DNA from: Anaerolineae bacterium
GTDB lineage: Bacteria; Chloroflexota; Anaerolineae; Aggregatilineales; Phototrophicaceae
NCBI GenBank assembly: GCA_034435995.1
Contig: DAOTWC010000081.1
Location: forward strand, 12,795-76,794
Direction of reading: 5' to 3'
DNA length: 64,000 nucleotides
The position numbers were made by a program, and so were the translations under genes. The notes beneath the pieces are model-generated. The model saw only the letters and a program-made list of their open reading frames with translations. It did not search any database and was not told the DNA's origin. Shown one piece after another: positions 35,699 through 44,970 of the stretch; the first letter of the stretch is position 1, and each line of letters opens with the position of its first letter.

Positions 35699-37917
35699 CA
35701 GCCGCCGATCGTGCCGCCCTCTGGGGCTTGCAGCGGGACATACGGCCCCTGCGCCCAGAACGGCGGGTAACCGAAGCGCGGCTCGCCGTAGTAGTCTTCT
35801 AAGATGCGGCGCGTGATGGGCGCGGCGATCTGCGACCCCTCCAGCGACTGCTCAACCATCACCACCACCGCGATCTGCGGGTTCTCTGCCGGCGAATAGG
35901 CGACGAACCAGGCCTGCGGGTAGCGCGCTGTTTGGGCCGTGCCGGTCTTGCCGCACACGGTAAACCCGGCTCGCTCGAACGGCCACACGGCCGTGCCCAG
36001 CTCAGGATCGGTGGTGACGGCGCACATGCCCTCGCGCAGCATGGCCAGCGTCTCCGGGCGCATCTGCAGGCTGCCCACCGCCTGCGGCTCGGCCTCAAAC
36101 GCGACCGGCGTGCCGTCGGCCCCGCCCACGCGCTGCACCAGGTAAGGCTGATAGACCGTGCCGCCGTTGGCCACTGCCGCTGTCAGCTTGGCCATCTGGA
36201 TGGGCGACACCTTCACGTCGCCCTGGCCGATCGCCTCGTTGATGGCGGCGGCCACGCTGTTCGGCAGCGGAATCTCGCCGGGGGCCTCGGCCCCGTAGTA
36301 GTTGATGCCGGTGCGCGTGAGGCCCATGCGCTGGCCGTAGTCAATGAGGGTGGTGGGGCCGCGCCGGTTGAACAGCTCGGCGCCCATCTGGTAGAAGAAC
36401 GGGTCGCACGACGACGTGAGCGCCTGGGCCATTGTGATCTCGCCGGCGGGGTCTAGGCCGTCGGTGAAACGCCAGTCCTTGCGCTCAAAGCCGACCGTGT
36501 CGCCGAACGGCGCGCCGTCCCAGCTCAGGCCGCAGTAGAACGTGTCGTCCAGGCCGAAGATGCCCTCCTCGGCGGCGGCGGCGGCGGTGACGATCTTGAA
36601 GATCGAGCCGGGCGCGTACTGGCCCTGGAATACGCGGTTGAACAGCGGGGTGCGCGGGTCGTTGAGCATTTCGGCGATGCGGTCGCCGGCGGTGATGATT
36701 GTGCAGCAGTAGGTGTCCGGGTTGAACAGGTCCGGCTCGAACAGCGGGTAGCTGGCGGCGGCCAGGATCGCGCCCGTGTTGACGTCCAGCACCACCGCCG
36801 CGCCGCCAGGCGAGACGTCGCGGCTGCCCCAGTTTGGCTCGGCGTAGTTGAAGGCGTCGGCCAGGGCCTGCGCCACGATCAGCTGCAGGTCGCGGTCAAT
36901 CGTCAGGGTGACGGGGCGGGCCGGCTGGCCCTCGGTGGCGGAAAGCTCGCGCACGACCGTGCCGCCTGGCTCGATGATGCTGAGCACGCGCCGCGCCTGC
37001 CCGCTCAGCTCGGCCTCAAAGGCCAGCTCAACGCCGCTGCGGCCTACCAGGTCGCCGCTCTGATAGCCCCGATCCTGCCACTGTTCAAGCTGGTCAGCGG
37101 GAATCTGGCCGATGTAGCCGGTCACGTGGGAGACGGCGTTGCCGCGGTAGTAGCGGCGCGTCTGGCGTTCGAGCGTGTTCTGCGGCTGGATGCCGCACAC
37201 CTCGCTCAACTGCTGGCCCCGCGCGGCGTACTCGTCAGTGTCAATCTCGCCCACGTAGAACACCGTCTCCAGCGTGGGGTAGCGGTTGAAGAAGGCCTGC
37301 AGGTCCTGGCGCTGGCGGCGCAGCAGGCCGGCCAGCAGGTCCAGGCAGTTGGCCTCGTTGGGGATGGTGGCGCGGCGGATGTAGAGCGCCGTCACTGTGC
37401 CGTTCTGCTCGGCCAGCACCTCGCCGTCGCGGTCGTAGATGTTGGCGCGCTGGCTGCGCTGGCCGGCAGCGCGCAGCTGCGCGCCGGCAGCCATGCCGTC
37501 GAAGATGTCCATGCTGGACCAGGCCACGCGCCAACCCTCTGGCGACTGCACCAGCCGCATGATGCGGCCGCGGTCCACGATCGGCTCGAAGAAAGCGGAT
37601 TCCAGCGACAGGTCGTAGATCACCGCCGCCGACGCGCCCTGAAGCTGCGTCTCGATGATGGTATAGGCCAGGCCGGTCCGGCCAGTTGCGCCATCGGCGT
37701 CGCTGTACATGGCGCGGAACACGTTGACGTCGTAGAGCGCCTGGCTGCGCGAGCTGATGCGGCTGTACATGGCGTCGTAATCGCCGCTGGCCCAGGCGTC
37801 GAGGAAGGCGGCAGCGACATCAGCGGGCGCGCCGCCTTGGGCCGCCGCGCCTGCGCCGGCGCTCAGCGCCAGCGCCAGCAGGCCGCCGATCAGCACACGC
37901 TTAACAATACGCCTCAT
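35698..37917 (-). CDS. Penicillin-binding protein 2-type transpeptidase with N-terminal NTF2-like domain
   Basis: N-terminal signal anchor. The leading domain is NTF2/MecA_N-like (AAFLDAWASGDYDAMY). It is followed by a PBP dimerisation region and a transpeptidase domain with SxxK (PGSIFK) and KTGTA motifs. Confidence 0.85.
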   Translation of the reverse strand: MRRIVKRVLIGGLLALALSAGAGAAAQGGAPADVAAAFLDAWASGDYDAMYSRISSRSQALYDVNVFRAMYSDADGATGRTGLAYTIIETQLQGASAAVIYDLSLESAFFEPIVDRGRIMRLVQSPEGWRVAWSSMDIFDGMAAGAQLRAAGQRSQRANIYDRDGEVLAEQNGTVTALYIRRATIPNEANCLDLLAGLLRRQRQDLQAFFNRYPTLETVFYVGEIDTDEYAARGQQLSEVCGIQPQNTLERQTRRYYRGNAVSHVTGYIGQIPADQLEQWQDRGYQSGDLVGRSGVELAFEAELSGQARRVLSIIEPGGTVVRELSATEGQPARPVTLTIDRDLQLIVAQALADAFNYAEPNWGSRDVSPGGAAVVLDVNTGAILAAASYPLFEPDLFNPDTYCCTIITAGDRIAEMLNDPRTPLFNRVFQGQYAPGSIFKIVTAAAAAEEGIFGLDDTFYCGLSWDGAPFGDTVGFERKDWRFTDGLDPAGEITMAQALTSSCDPFFYQMGAELFNRRGPTTLIDYGQRMGLTRTGINYYGAEAPGEIPLPNSVAAAINEAIGQGDVKVSPIQMAKLTAAVANGGTVYQPYLVQRVGGADGTPVAFEAEPQAVGSLQMRPETLAMLREGMCAVTTDPELGTAVWPFERAGFTVCGKTGTAQTARYPQAWFVAYSPAENPQIAVVVMVEQSLEGSQIAAPITRRILEDYYGEPRFGYPPFWAQGPYVPLQAPEGGTIGG

Positions 37918-38067
37918 ATCATTCCGCTTGTTATAAAACGCGCGCGCTCCACTATATCACCGACCGGCGGCGGGCGTCCAGAGGCGGCGCGGGCGGGGCG
38001 CTGGTAAAACTTTTCGTTTCCGACTATTATTACCAACAGCACGTCACCGCGCGCCGATGGAGGTTCC

Positions 38068-39090
38068 ATGACGACGATCTGGCCCCTGCCGACTATCGAG
38101 TTTAAAGACCTGTCTCAGGTCGAGGAGCGGCGCCCGGTGGCGCTGGTGACCAGCGAACCCGCCTGGAGCATTGCCGGACAGTTCCTCAACCTGCCGCTGG
38201 TGGTGCAGGCCGAGCCGGTCAAGGCCGATCTAGCGTACCTGCAGTCGTTGGCGGACAACCTGCCGCCCCAGGTGGAGGTTGTCTACGGCGTAGGCGGCGG
38301 GCTGGCCTGCGACACAGCCAAGTACATCGGCAAGACGCGCGGCCTGCCGGTAGTGCTGATCCCCACAGCGCTGAGCGTGGACGGCTTTTTCACGGCCATC
38401 GTGGCTGTGCGCAAGCAGGGGTCAGTGCGCTATGTGGACACCGGCCCAGCCGACTGGCTGATCGTTGACTGGGAAATTGTGCGCAACGCGCCGGCCAGCC
38501 TGCGCGGGACCGGCATTGTCGAGCTGCTGAGCATTGTCACCGGCCTGAAGGACTGGCAGTACGCGGCGGCCCACAACAAGAACACGCCGGAGACGCGCTT
38601 CCTGCCCTGGGCGGCCAGCCTGGCGGCGGGCATCGCCCAGCAGGCGTTTAAGATCGCGCGCGGCGTGGGCCAGGGCAACGTCGAGGCGCTGCGCAACCTG
38701 CTGGACCTGATCTGCATGGAGGTGCGGCTCACCAATCAATTGGGCCACAACCGGCCGCAGGAGGGCAGCGAGCAGTACTTCGCCTACGCCGTCGAGTCGC
38801 GGGTGGCTGTCGAACGCGGCGTTCCCTTCGCCGACCTGGTGGGGCCGGGCCTGCTCATCGCCGCCGCGCTGCACGATCAGGACATCAACCCGATCCGCGA
38901 GACGATGGTCTCCGCCGGCGTGCGCCTTGACCAGCTTCGGCCAGCCGACATCGCCGAGACGCTCAAGATCATGCCGCAGTACGTGGTCGAACACAACCTG
39001 CCCTACAGCATCCTGCACGATTTCGACCCCACTCACGAACGCATCAACGAGCTGCTTCGCGTAACGCGGCTGGACGGCAGCGGCAGCTAG
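38068..39090 (+). CDS. Fe-ADH / dehydroquinate-synthase-like superfamily oxidoreductase (glycerol-1-phosphate-dehydrogenase-like)
   Basis: The nucleotide-binding pattern VYGVGGGLACDTAKYIG followed by PVVLIPTALSVDGFFT is typical of this superfamily. Finer assignment is uncertain. Confidence 0.6.
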   Translation: MTTIWPLPTIEFKDLSQVEERRPVALVTSEPAWSIAGQFLNLPLVVQAEPVKADLAYLQSLADNLPPQVEVVYGVGGGLACDTAKYIGKTRGLPVVLIPTALSVDGFFTAIVAVRKQGSVRYVDTGPADWLIVDWEIVRNAPASLRGTGIVELLSIVTGLKDWQYAAAHNKNTPETRFLPWAASLAAGIAQQAFKIARGVGQGNVEALRNLLDLICMEVRLTNQLGHNRPQEGSEQYFAYAVESRVAVERGVPFADLVGPGLLIAAALHDQDINPIRETMVSAGVRLDQLRPADIAETLKIMPQYVVEHNLPYSILHDFDPTHERINELLRVTRLDGSGS

Positions 39091-39121
39091 CGCGCACCAC
39101 TGACAAAGGATTTTGGGCCAC

Positions 39122-40558
39122 ATGATCGGATTTGGCACGGACGGCTGGCGCGCAGTTATAGCCGACACGTTCACGTTCTCTAATCTGCGCCTGATCGCGC
39201 AGGCGGTGGCCGACGCCATCAACAAGCAGCGCAGCGGCAGCCGCCAGCCGTCGGTGGTCGTCGGCTACGACACGCGCTTCCTCTCGGATCGCTTCGCTAT
39301 GGAGACGGCGCGCGTGCTGGCGGCCAACGGCATCATCACCTGGCTGACGCGCTCCGACGCGCCCACGCCGGCCATTTCGTTCAACGTCAAGCACCGCGGG
39401 GCCGACGCCGGCATCGTCATCACCGCCAGCCACAACCCGCCGCGCTACAACGGCTTCAAGCTGAAAGCGCCCTACGGCGGCAGCGCCACCGCCGAACAGT
39501 GCGCGCTGGTAGAGGAGGAGCTGCGCCTGATGGAGCGCCAGGGGCGCGGCCCCAACATGATGGACTTCCAGCAGGCGCTGGATCAGGAGCTGATCCGCCG
39601 CTTCGACCCCGGCTGGGACTATTACAGCCACCTGGGCGAGCTGATCAACCTGGACCAAATCTCCGAGCGCGAGCTGACGGTGGTGGCCGACGCCATGTGG
39701 GGCGCGGGGCGCGGCGCGTTCAGCACCATCCTCTCGCGCACGCGCAGCCACGTCAGCGAGATCCGCGCCGTGCTCAACCCCGGCTTCGGCGGCATCCACC
39801 CGGAGCCAATCGCGCGCTACCTCAACGAGCTGGTGGCCGCCGTGCAGCGCGTCCAGGCCGACGTGGGCCTAGCCACCGACGGCGATGCCGACCGCATCGG
39901 CGCGATTGACGCCCAGGGGAACTTCGTGGACCCGCACACGATCTTCGCGCTGGCGCTGCGCCATCTGGTGGAGAAGCGCGGCCAGCGCGGGGCGGTTGTC
40001 AAAACCGTCTCGACCACCTTCATGATCAACAAGCTGGCGGAGAAATACGACCTGCCGCTGCACGAGACGCCGGTGGGCTTTAACCACATCGCCGATCTGA
40101 TGATGAGCACCGACGTCCTCATCGGCGGCGAGGAGAGCGGCGGCATCAGCATTCGCGGCCACATCCCGGAGGGCGACGGCATCCTGATGGGCCTGCTGCT
40201 GCTGGAGATCATGGCGCAGACGCGCGCCCCGCTGCACGAGATCATCGCCGACCTGCAGGCCAGCTACGGCCCGGCCCACTACGCCCGCATTGACGCGGCC
40301 CTGGCGCGCCAGCTGCCCAAAAAGCAGATCGTGCGCATGCTGGCCGACAGCGCGCCGCCCCAGCTCAACGGCGAGACGGTGGCCCGCGTGGACACGCTGG
40401 ACGGCATCAAATTCTACCTGGCGGACGACAGTTGGCTGCTTATCCGGCCCAGCGGGACCGAGCCGCTGCTGCGCATCTACGCTGAGGCGCGCTCTGGCGC
40501 GGCGGTGCAGGCGCTGCTGCAGGCTGGCGTGGCGATGGGCAACCGCGTCACCGGCTGA
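39122..40558 (+). CDS. Phosphoglucomutase / phosphomannomutase family protein
   Basis: ATG at 39122 has AAGGA 11 nt upstream. Active-site Ser loop is TASHNPPRYNGFK, the metal loop is DGDADR, and the sugar-binding loop is GGEESGG. Confidence 0.85.
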   Translation: MIGFGTDGWRAVIADTFTFSNLRLIAQAVADAINKQRSGSRQPSVVVGYDTRFLSDRFAMETARVLAANGIITWLTRSDAPTPAISFNVKHRGADAGIVITASHNPPRYNGFKLKAPYGGSATAEQCALVEEELRLMERQGRGPNMMDFQQALDQELIRRFDPGWDYYSHLGELINLDQISERELTVVADAMWGAGRGAFSTILSRTRSHVSEIRAVLNPGFGGIHPEPIARYLNELVAAVQRVQADVGLATDGDADRIGAIDAQGNFVDPHTIFALALRHLVEKRGQRGAVVKTVSTTFMINKLAEKYDLPLHETPVGFNHIADLMMSTDVLIGGEESGGISIRGHIPEGDGILMGLLLLEIMAQTRAPLHEIIADLQASYGPAHYARIDAALARQLPKKQIVRMLADSAPPQLNGETVARVDTLDGIKFYLADDSWLLIRPSGTEPLLRIYAEARSGAAVQALLQAGVAMGNRVTG

Positions 40559-40574
40559 GCGTGCCGCGCCCGGC

Positions 40575-41813
40575 TCAGCCGCTGCCGCCGCGGCTGGTGA
40601 GGCGGCGCAGGAAATCGAACCAGAAGGGCGCCCCCTGGGCGACAGCGATTGTCGTTACGATCAGGCCGATCGCCTTGCGCAGCCACAACCCCAGCCAGTC
40701 CGGGTTGTTAGCCGGGCCGAACAGCCACAGGTTGCGGCCGTCGTCGCGGATGGCAGCGGGTGCGCCGCCGTCCAGCGGCGTGAAGCTCCAGCCGAGCGGC
40801 AGGCGCAGGTTCAGCAGTGTGCTGAAGATATCGCGCGCGGCCTGGGTTGCCTCGCCCAGGTCCTGCTGGGGCGGCTGTGTCGGGTCGGGCTGGCCCAGCT
40901 CGATCTGCTCCTGCAGCGTGGGCACGCTGGCCTCGGCGGCTGCCGCCACGGCAGCGCGCAGCGCCGGGTCCTCCCACAGCACGCGCCCTACGTACAGCGT
41001 ATCCACGTTCAGGATGACCGCCAGCAGCAGGCCAATCACGATGGAGATACGCTGCATCTGGCGCGCGTAGACCTCGCGCGCGCGGCTGATGCCGTTGTCG
41101 AACCACTGGCCCAGCTTGGCCTGGGCGTCTTGCAGTGAGTGGGCGGTGTTGAGCACGGCCTCCAGCGCGGCCTGCAAATACGGATCGCGGATTTGGCGCA
41201 CGCCCAGGTGCAGCGGGATCAGGTCGCTGCTCTCCACCTGCAGCTTGTCCAGCGCGGCGTCCACCAGGTTGAGCGCCACCAGCATCTTCTTCTTCATGTC
41301 GGGGTCGTCCATGGCGGCGATTAGGTCGCGCAGCTCGGCAATGCCGGTGCCCTTGAGCTGTATCTGGCGGATCAGATCGCGGAACACCGATTTCTCGACG
41401 CTCGGCTCCATGCGATCCACCACGCGGTTCAGCTCGTCGTACAGCTTCTGGCCGGTGTTGGCCGTCAGCACGTCCACCAACACGTCTACAAACGTCTCGG
41501 TGGGGATGTACGACACGCGCGCCCGCTTGCCCTCGGTAAGTTCCTGGGCAGCCTGCGCCGTGATGCGCTCGGCGGGGCTGGTCAGAACGATCTCGCTGCC
41601 CGGCGTCTCCACCATGCCGATGAGGGGGTGCGTCAGGATTTTGGTGCGCACCACAGGATCGGTGAGCATGATGTCGAGCTGCTCTTTGAGCCGCCTGGCC
41701 TTGAGGTTGAGCAGGTTGATGATGATGTTGTTGATCTGGGTGACGAGGATGCTCAGCAGGATGAAGATGAACACCAGCCCGATGACAACCTCGATGATGG
41801 CGGCTCCGATCAT
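40575..41813 (-). CDS. Hypothetical membrane protein (N- and C-terminal TM segments flanking a helical soluble region)
   Basis: Start chosen at ATG 41813 (MIGAAIIEVVIGLVFIF), with AGGGGG about 10 nt upstream. ATG 41846 is an alternative. No family motif recognised. Confidence 0.6.
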   Translation of the reverse strand: MIGAAIIEVVIGLVFIFILLSILVTQINNIIINLLNLKARRLKEQLDIMLTDPVVRTKILTHPLIGMVETPGSEIVLTSPAERITAQAAQELTEGKRARVSYIPTETFVDVLVDVLTANTGQKLYDELNRVVDRMEPSVEKSVFRDLIRQIQLKGTGIAELRDLIAAMDDPDMKKKMLVALNLVDAALDKLQVESSDLIPLHLGVRQIRDPYLQAALEAVLNTAHSLQDAQAKLGQWFDNGISRAREVYARQMQRISIVIGLLLAVILNVDTLYVGRVLWEDPALRAAVAAAAEASVPTLQEQIELGQPDPTQPPQQDLGEATQAARDIFSTLLNLRLPLGWSFTPLDGGAPAAIRDDGRNLWLFGPANNPDWLGLWLRKAIGLIVTTIAVAQGAPFWFDFLRRLTSRGGSG

Positions 41814-42017
41814 AGTGCGCTGCCCCCTGCGGCTCGGCCCGTGCAACGTTCTGCCGGAGACATTATAGACCAGAACGGCCGCCGCTGCCCACTCAAGGCG
41901 CGGTGCGACTGGGGCAGACTAAAGTCATACCTCGCTCACGCTTATATTATGCATATAATATGATAAGTTGTCGCGGGTTTAAGCCGCCCCTGAGCGCAGG
42001 AGACGTGTACGCTGCCT

Positions 42018-42461
42018 ATGCCTAACCCCAAATCGCCGCAGCCGGAGGCCCAGCCAGCGGGCGCGCCAGTGACATCTGTTAAAGTGCTGGTGGTGGACGA
42101 CGAAGAGTTAACACGCACACTGCTGGGGCAGGTGCTGCGCCGAGTTCAGGTGGACCGCATGGCGGTGTTCTACGCCGAGGACGGCGAGGAAGCGCTGCGC
42201 ATCGCCCAAGCTGAACGCCCTGATCTGATCCTGCTCGACCTGCTGCTGCCGAAGATGGACGGCTACGAGGTGTGCCGCCGCCTGCAGGCGCTGCCGGATT
42301 ACCATCCGCACATCATTATGCTGACGGCTCGCGGCCAGGCCAACGACCGCGACGCGGCCCGCGCCGCAGGCGTGGATCGCTTCATGACCAAGCCGTTTAA
42401 TCCAACGCGGCTGATCGCCGACCTGAACGCGCTGTGGGCCGGCCCCGGCGGCGGCCCTTGA
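42018..42461 (+). CDS. Single-domain response regulator (CheY-like receiver)
   Basis: VLVVDDEE...DLILLDLLLPKMDGYEV...IIMLTARG...KPF, with no output domain. Confidence 0.85.
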   Translation: MPNPKSPQPEAQPAGAPVTSVKVLVVDDEELTRTLLGQVLRRVQVDRMAVFYAEDGEEALRIAQAERPDLILLDLLLPKMDGYEVCRRLQALPDYHPHIIMLTARGQANDRDAARAAGVDRFMTKPFNPTRLIADLNALWAGPGGGP

Positions 42462-42514
42462 TCGCCGGGCTGCGCGCTGGCCCCAGAACGCGGAGCCAGC
42501 GGCAGCGTGAGCGT

Positions 42515-42850
42515 CTACGCGCTGGCGTCTGTCAGCTCGCCTTCGAGAACCACAGCTGACGTGCTGCGCCCGTAGAAGCCGATCTGATCCTGAATAAACT
42601 CGTAGCCGGGCTTTGGCGCGCGGTAGACCCAGGCGACGTTGCGCGCCTGCGTGCCGGGCGCTTCCAGGTCAATCCAATAGCACACGCCTTTGTACGGGCA
42701 GGTATAGGTGCGCTCGGTGACCTTGAGGTAGGCCATATTGACTGCTTCCGGCGCAAAGTACAGGTTGCCTTCAAATGACCGGACGGCGGCGGCGTCGGCG
42801 CTGACCGCGAGCACGGCTCCGGTTTCGCGGGCTTTGAGCGTGATGGGCAT
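42515..42850 (-). CDS. DUF427-domain protein
   Basis: Start at ATG 42850, with GGAGG 9 nt upstream. The longer ORF-track start would run through a strong hairpin. Motifs NLYFAPE..N..YL......T.CPYKG...YW and VAWVYR.P match DUF427. Confidence 0.7.
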   Translation of the reverse strand: MPITLKARETGAVLAVSADAAAVRSFEGNLYFAPEAVNMAYLKVTERTYTCPYKGVCYWIDLEAPGTQARNVAWVYRAPKPGYEFIQDQIGFYGRSTSAVVLEGELTDASA

Positions 42851-42895
42851 AGCGGTGAGCCTCCAGATAAACCCGAATTGTCCTAGTGACATTGG

Positions 42896-42944
42896 CATAC
42901 GCCGCGCCAGGGAACGGATTTGTCCCCTGGCGCGGCGGCGTATG
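42896..42944 (-). terminator. Long imperfect hairpin downstream of the OsmC-like gene
   Basis: CATACGCCGCGCCAGGG (42896-42912) pairs with CCCTGGCGCGGCGGCGTATG (42925-42944), with a 3-nt bulge. There is no clear U-tract. Confidence 0.35.
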
Positions 42945-42966
42945 TGGCTGGCAGCGGCTGCCGCCG

Positions 42967-43404
42967 TTAGTCGGCGGGCAGCGCTTCCAGCAGATCAGTT
43001 TTGAAAAAGGCGGGCGTTTCGATAGCGCGGTGCACCGGGCACTTGCCGGCGATGTCGAGCAGGCGCTCGCGCTGCTCGGCGTCCAGCGGGCCGCGGAAGG
43101 CCAGCCGCACGCGGAACTCGTGCACGAACTGGGCGTCGCCCTGGTAGCCAGGGTAGTCCGCGGCCTTCATGCGCTCGATCTCCACGCTCACATCCACGCC
43201 CTCCAGGGGCCACTTCTTGCGCTCGGCGTAGAGGCGCGTGGTGATAGCCATGCAGCCGGCTAACGCGCCGGCCAGCATCTCCATCGGGGTGGGCGCGCTG
43301 TCGGAGCCGCCGGTTTCCTCTGGCTCGTCGGCGTAGAAGGTGTGGCTGCGGGTCTTGATCTCGGTGCGGTAGCCGTCAAGGGTGCGGGCAGTAACAGTGG
43401 GCAT
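42967..43404 (-). CDS. OsmC/Ohr-family protein
   Basis: 145 aa with the patterns GG.DSAPTPMEMLAGALAGC and LDIAGKCPVHRAI, typical of OsmC-like peroxiredoxins. Confidence 0.8.
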   Translation of the reverse strand: MPTVTARTLDGYRTEIKTRSHTFYADEPEETGGSDSAPTPMEMLAGALAGCMAITTRLYAERKKWPLEGVDVSVEIERMKAADYPGYQGDAQFVHEFRVRLAFRGPLDAEQRERLLDIAGKCPVHRAIETPAFFKTDLLEALPAD

Positions 43405-43484
43405 AGGTGTCCTTCAAGGGTTAAAACGATGCGTTCACGGCACGGACGCGCTGAGAGCGGCCATCCTTACCGCGCGGCGCGGCT

Positions 43485-43886
43485 TTAATCCTTGCGCAGC
43501 CGGCGCAGTCCCTGGAAGTGTGGATCGCCCTGGATGGCCTTCCAGCGGGCCGCCCCGCCGTCGGTGTGCCACTCGACGACGTGCATGCCGTCGGGGTTTT
43601 CGTAGGCGAAGGCCGGGCGCATCATGAGCATCTGGCGCACAACGCCGATGAACTCCTTGCTCTCCTGGCCCAACGTGAGCGTGAACCACTGGCCCGGCTG
43701 CCATTCGAACACGACTGGGCTGCCGCGCCACGTGCCCTCCATCCGGATTGGCGGCGTGGGGCGGGTGCAAACCATGTAGAGCGACTGCAGGCGGTTGCGC
43801 CACAGGGTGTGGTTCACCCGCTCCTCGATGTAATAGGGGCGCGGTTCAGGGGTGGTGTAGAACCAGGTGCGCGCGTCGGTGGCCAT
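43485..43886 (-). CDS. Hypothetical protein (Trp/aromatic-rich, no recognised motif)
   Basis: 133-aa ORF with protein-like composition, divergently oriented to the TIR gene. Confidence 0.5.
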   Translation of the reverse strand: MATDARTWFYTTPEPRPYYIEERVNHTLWRNRLQSLYMVCTRPTPPIRMEGTWRGSPVVFEWQPGQWFTLTLGQESKEFIGVVRQMLMMRPAFAYENPDGMHVVEWHTDGGAARWKAIQGDPHFQGLRRLRKD

Positions 43887-44052
43887 CGGCTGGTATCTCT
43901 CCGGTCAGGGTGGGTGTCTCAAACAGCGCGTAGTGTACCCTAAAAGCGGCGCGCGCTCTAGATTCGACGCGCCAGGGCGCGGGTGGTTTTCGCCTTTAGC
44001 GCAGCGGTGTTATGATACGCTAAGAGCCAGCGCACAGCGGGAAGCCAGACCG

Positions 44053-44970
44053 ATGACCGAGCAGTCCGGATACGTTTTCATCAGCTACAGCCACCACGAC
44101 CGCGAGATGGCCCAGTACATCAACCAGGGGCTGCGCGCGGCCGGCTTCCAGACGTGGTTCGACCAGGAACGCCTGAGGCCGCCGGCCAAGTTCCCGCGCG
44201 CGATCGAGCGCGCCATCGAGGGCTGCGGCGCGTTCGTGGTGGTGATGTCGAAGCACGCGCGCGACAGCGACTGGGTGGAGAACGAAACGCTGTTCGCGCA
44301 GGACCGCGACAAGCCGATCTTCACGGCGTTGATTGACGACACGCGGCGGCCGATCTACCTGATGAACATCCACTACGAAGACTTCCGGCACGACCGCGAC
44401 GCTGCGCTGGCGCGCCTGGTCGAGGCGCTGCGGGCGACGGCCTTTGCCGCGCCCCAGGCCGCAGCCGCGGCCGCTGCGCTGCCCGCCAGCCGCCTGCGCC
44501 CTCAGTTCGGGGCCGACGAGTTCCTAGCCTATCTGCAGCAGGGGCCGGATGGCGCGGCCGCCGCGGCTGTCGCCGGAGAGCTGGTCGCGTGGGCGCGCCA
44601 GCACGCCGACGCGGTGGATTTCCGCGGCAGCGACCTGCCGGTGTTGCACGCGCGCGTGTCGGTGGCCGGGGGCGAGGTGGCGCTGTTCTCGGTGTGGGCG
44701 CACAGCCAGCGCCCCACTGTCGAAGTTCCGCTGCAGTACTTAAGCGCCGCGCCGCCGTTCGACCAGCGCGAGCAGCGCCTGGCGGTGCTGGAGCAGCTCA
44801 ACGCGCTGCTGCCGGAGGGCGAGCGCTTTGCCCCCGACCGCGCCGACAAGCGCCCAGGGCTGGCGCTGGCCGGGGCGCTGGTTGACGCCGGCCGCCGAGC
44901 GGCGTTTCTGGCGCTGTTGGCGGAGATGGCGGCGGCGCTGCGCCGGGCCGATCAGGACGGCGGCGCGTAG
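44053..44970 (+). CDS. TIR-domain protein with uncharacterised C-terminal domain
   Basis: ATG at 44053. The N-terminal ~130 aa match the bacterial TIR pattern: YVFISYSHHD, ...IERAIEGCGAFVVVMSKHARDSDWVENE, including the conserved Trp-x-x-Glu catalytic-type motif. The C-terminal ~170 aa are Ala-rich with no motif I recognise. Confidence 0.7.
   Translation: MTEQSGYVFISYSHHDREMAQYINQGLRAAGFQTWFDQERLRPPAKFPRAIERAIEGCGAFVVVMSKHARDSDWVENETLFAQDRDKPIFTALIDDTRRPIYLMNIHYEDFRHDRDAALARLVEALRATAFAAPQAAAAAAALPASRLRPQFGADEFLAYLQQGPDGAAAAAVAGELVAWARQHADAVDFRGSDLPVLHARVSVAGGEVALFSVWAHSQRPTVEVPLQYLSAAPPFDQREQRLAVLEQLNALLPEGERFAPDRADKRPGLALAGALVDAGRRAAFLALLAEMAAALRRADQDGGA

Noticed and set aside
41941-41967. 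AT-rich imperfect palindrome CTTATATTATGCATATAATATGATAAG upstream of the response-regulator gene, considered as a defined operator or promoter.
   Set aside because: It contains a TATAAT (41954-41959), but no convincing -35 sits at the proper spacing. The palindrome is imperfect, with a 2-nt asymmetry around TGCA. The evidence is too weak for a feature call.
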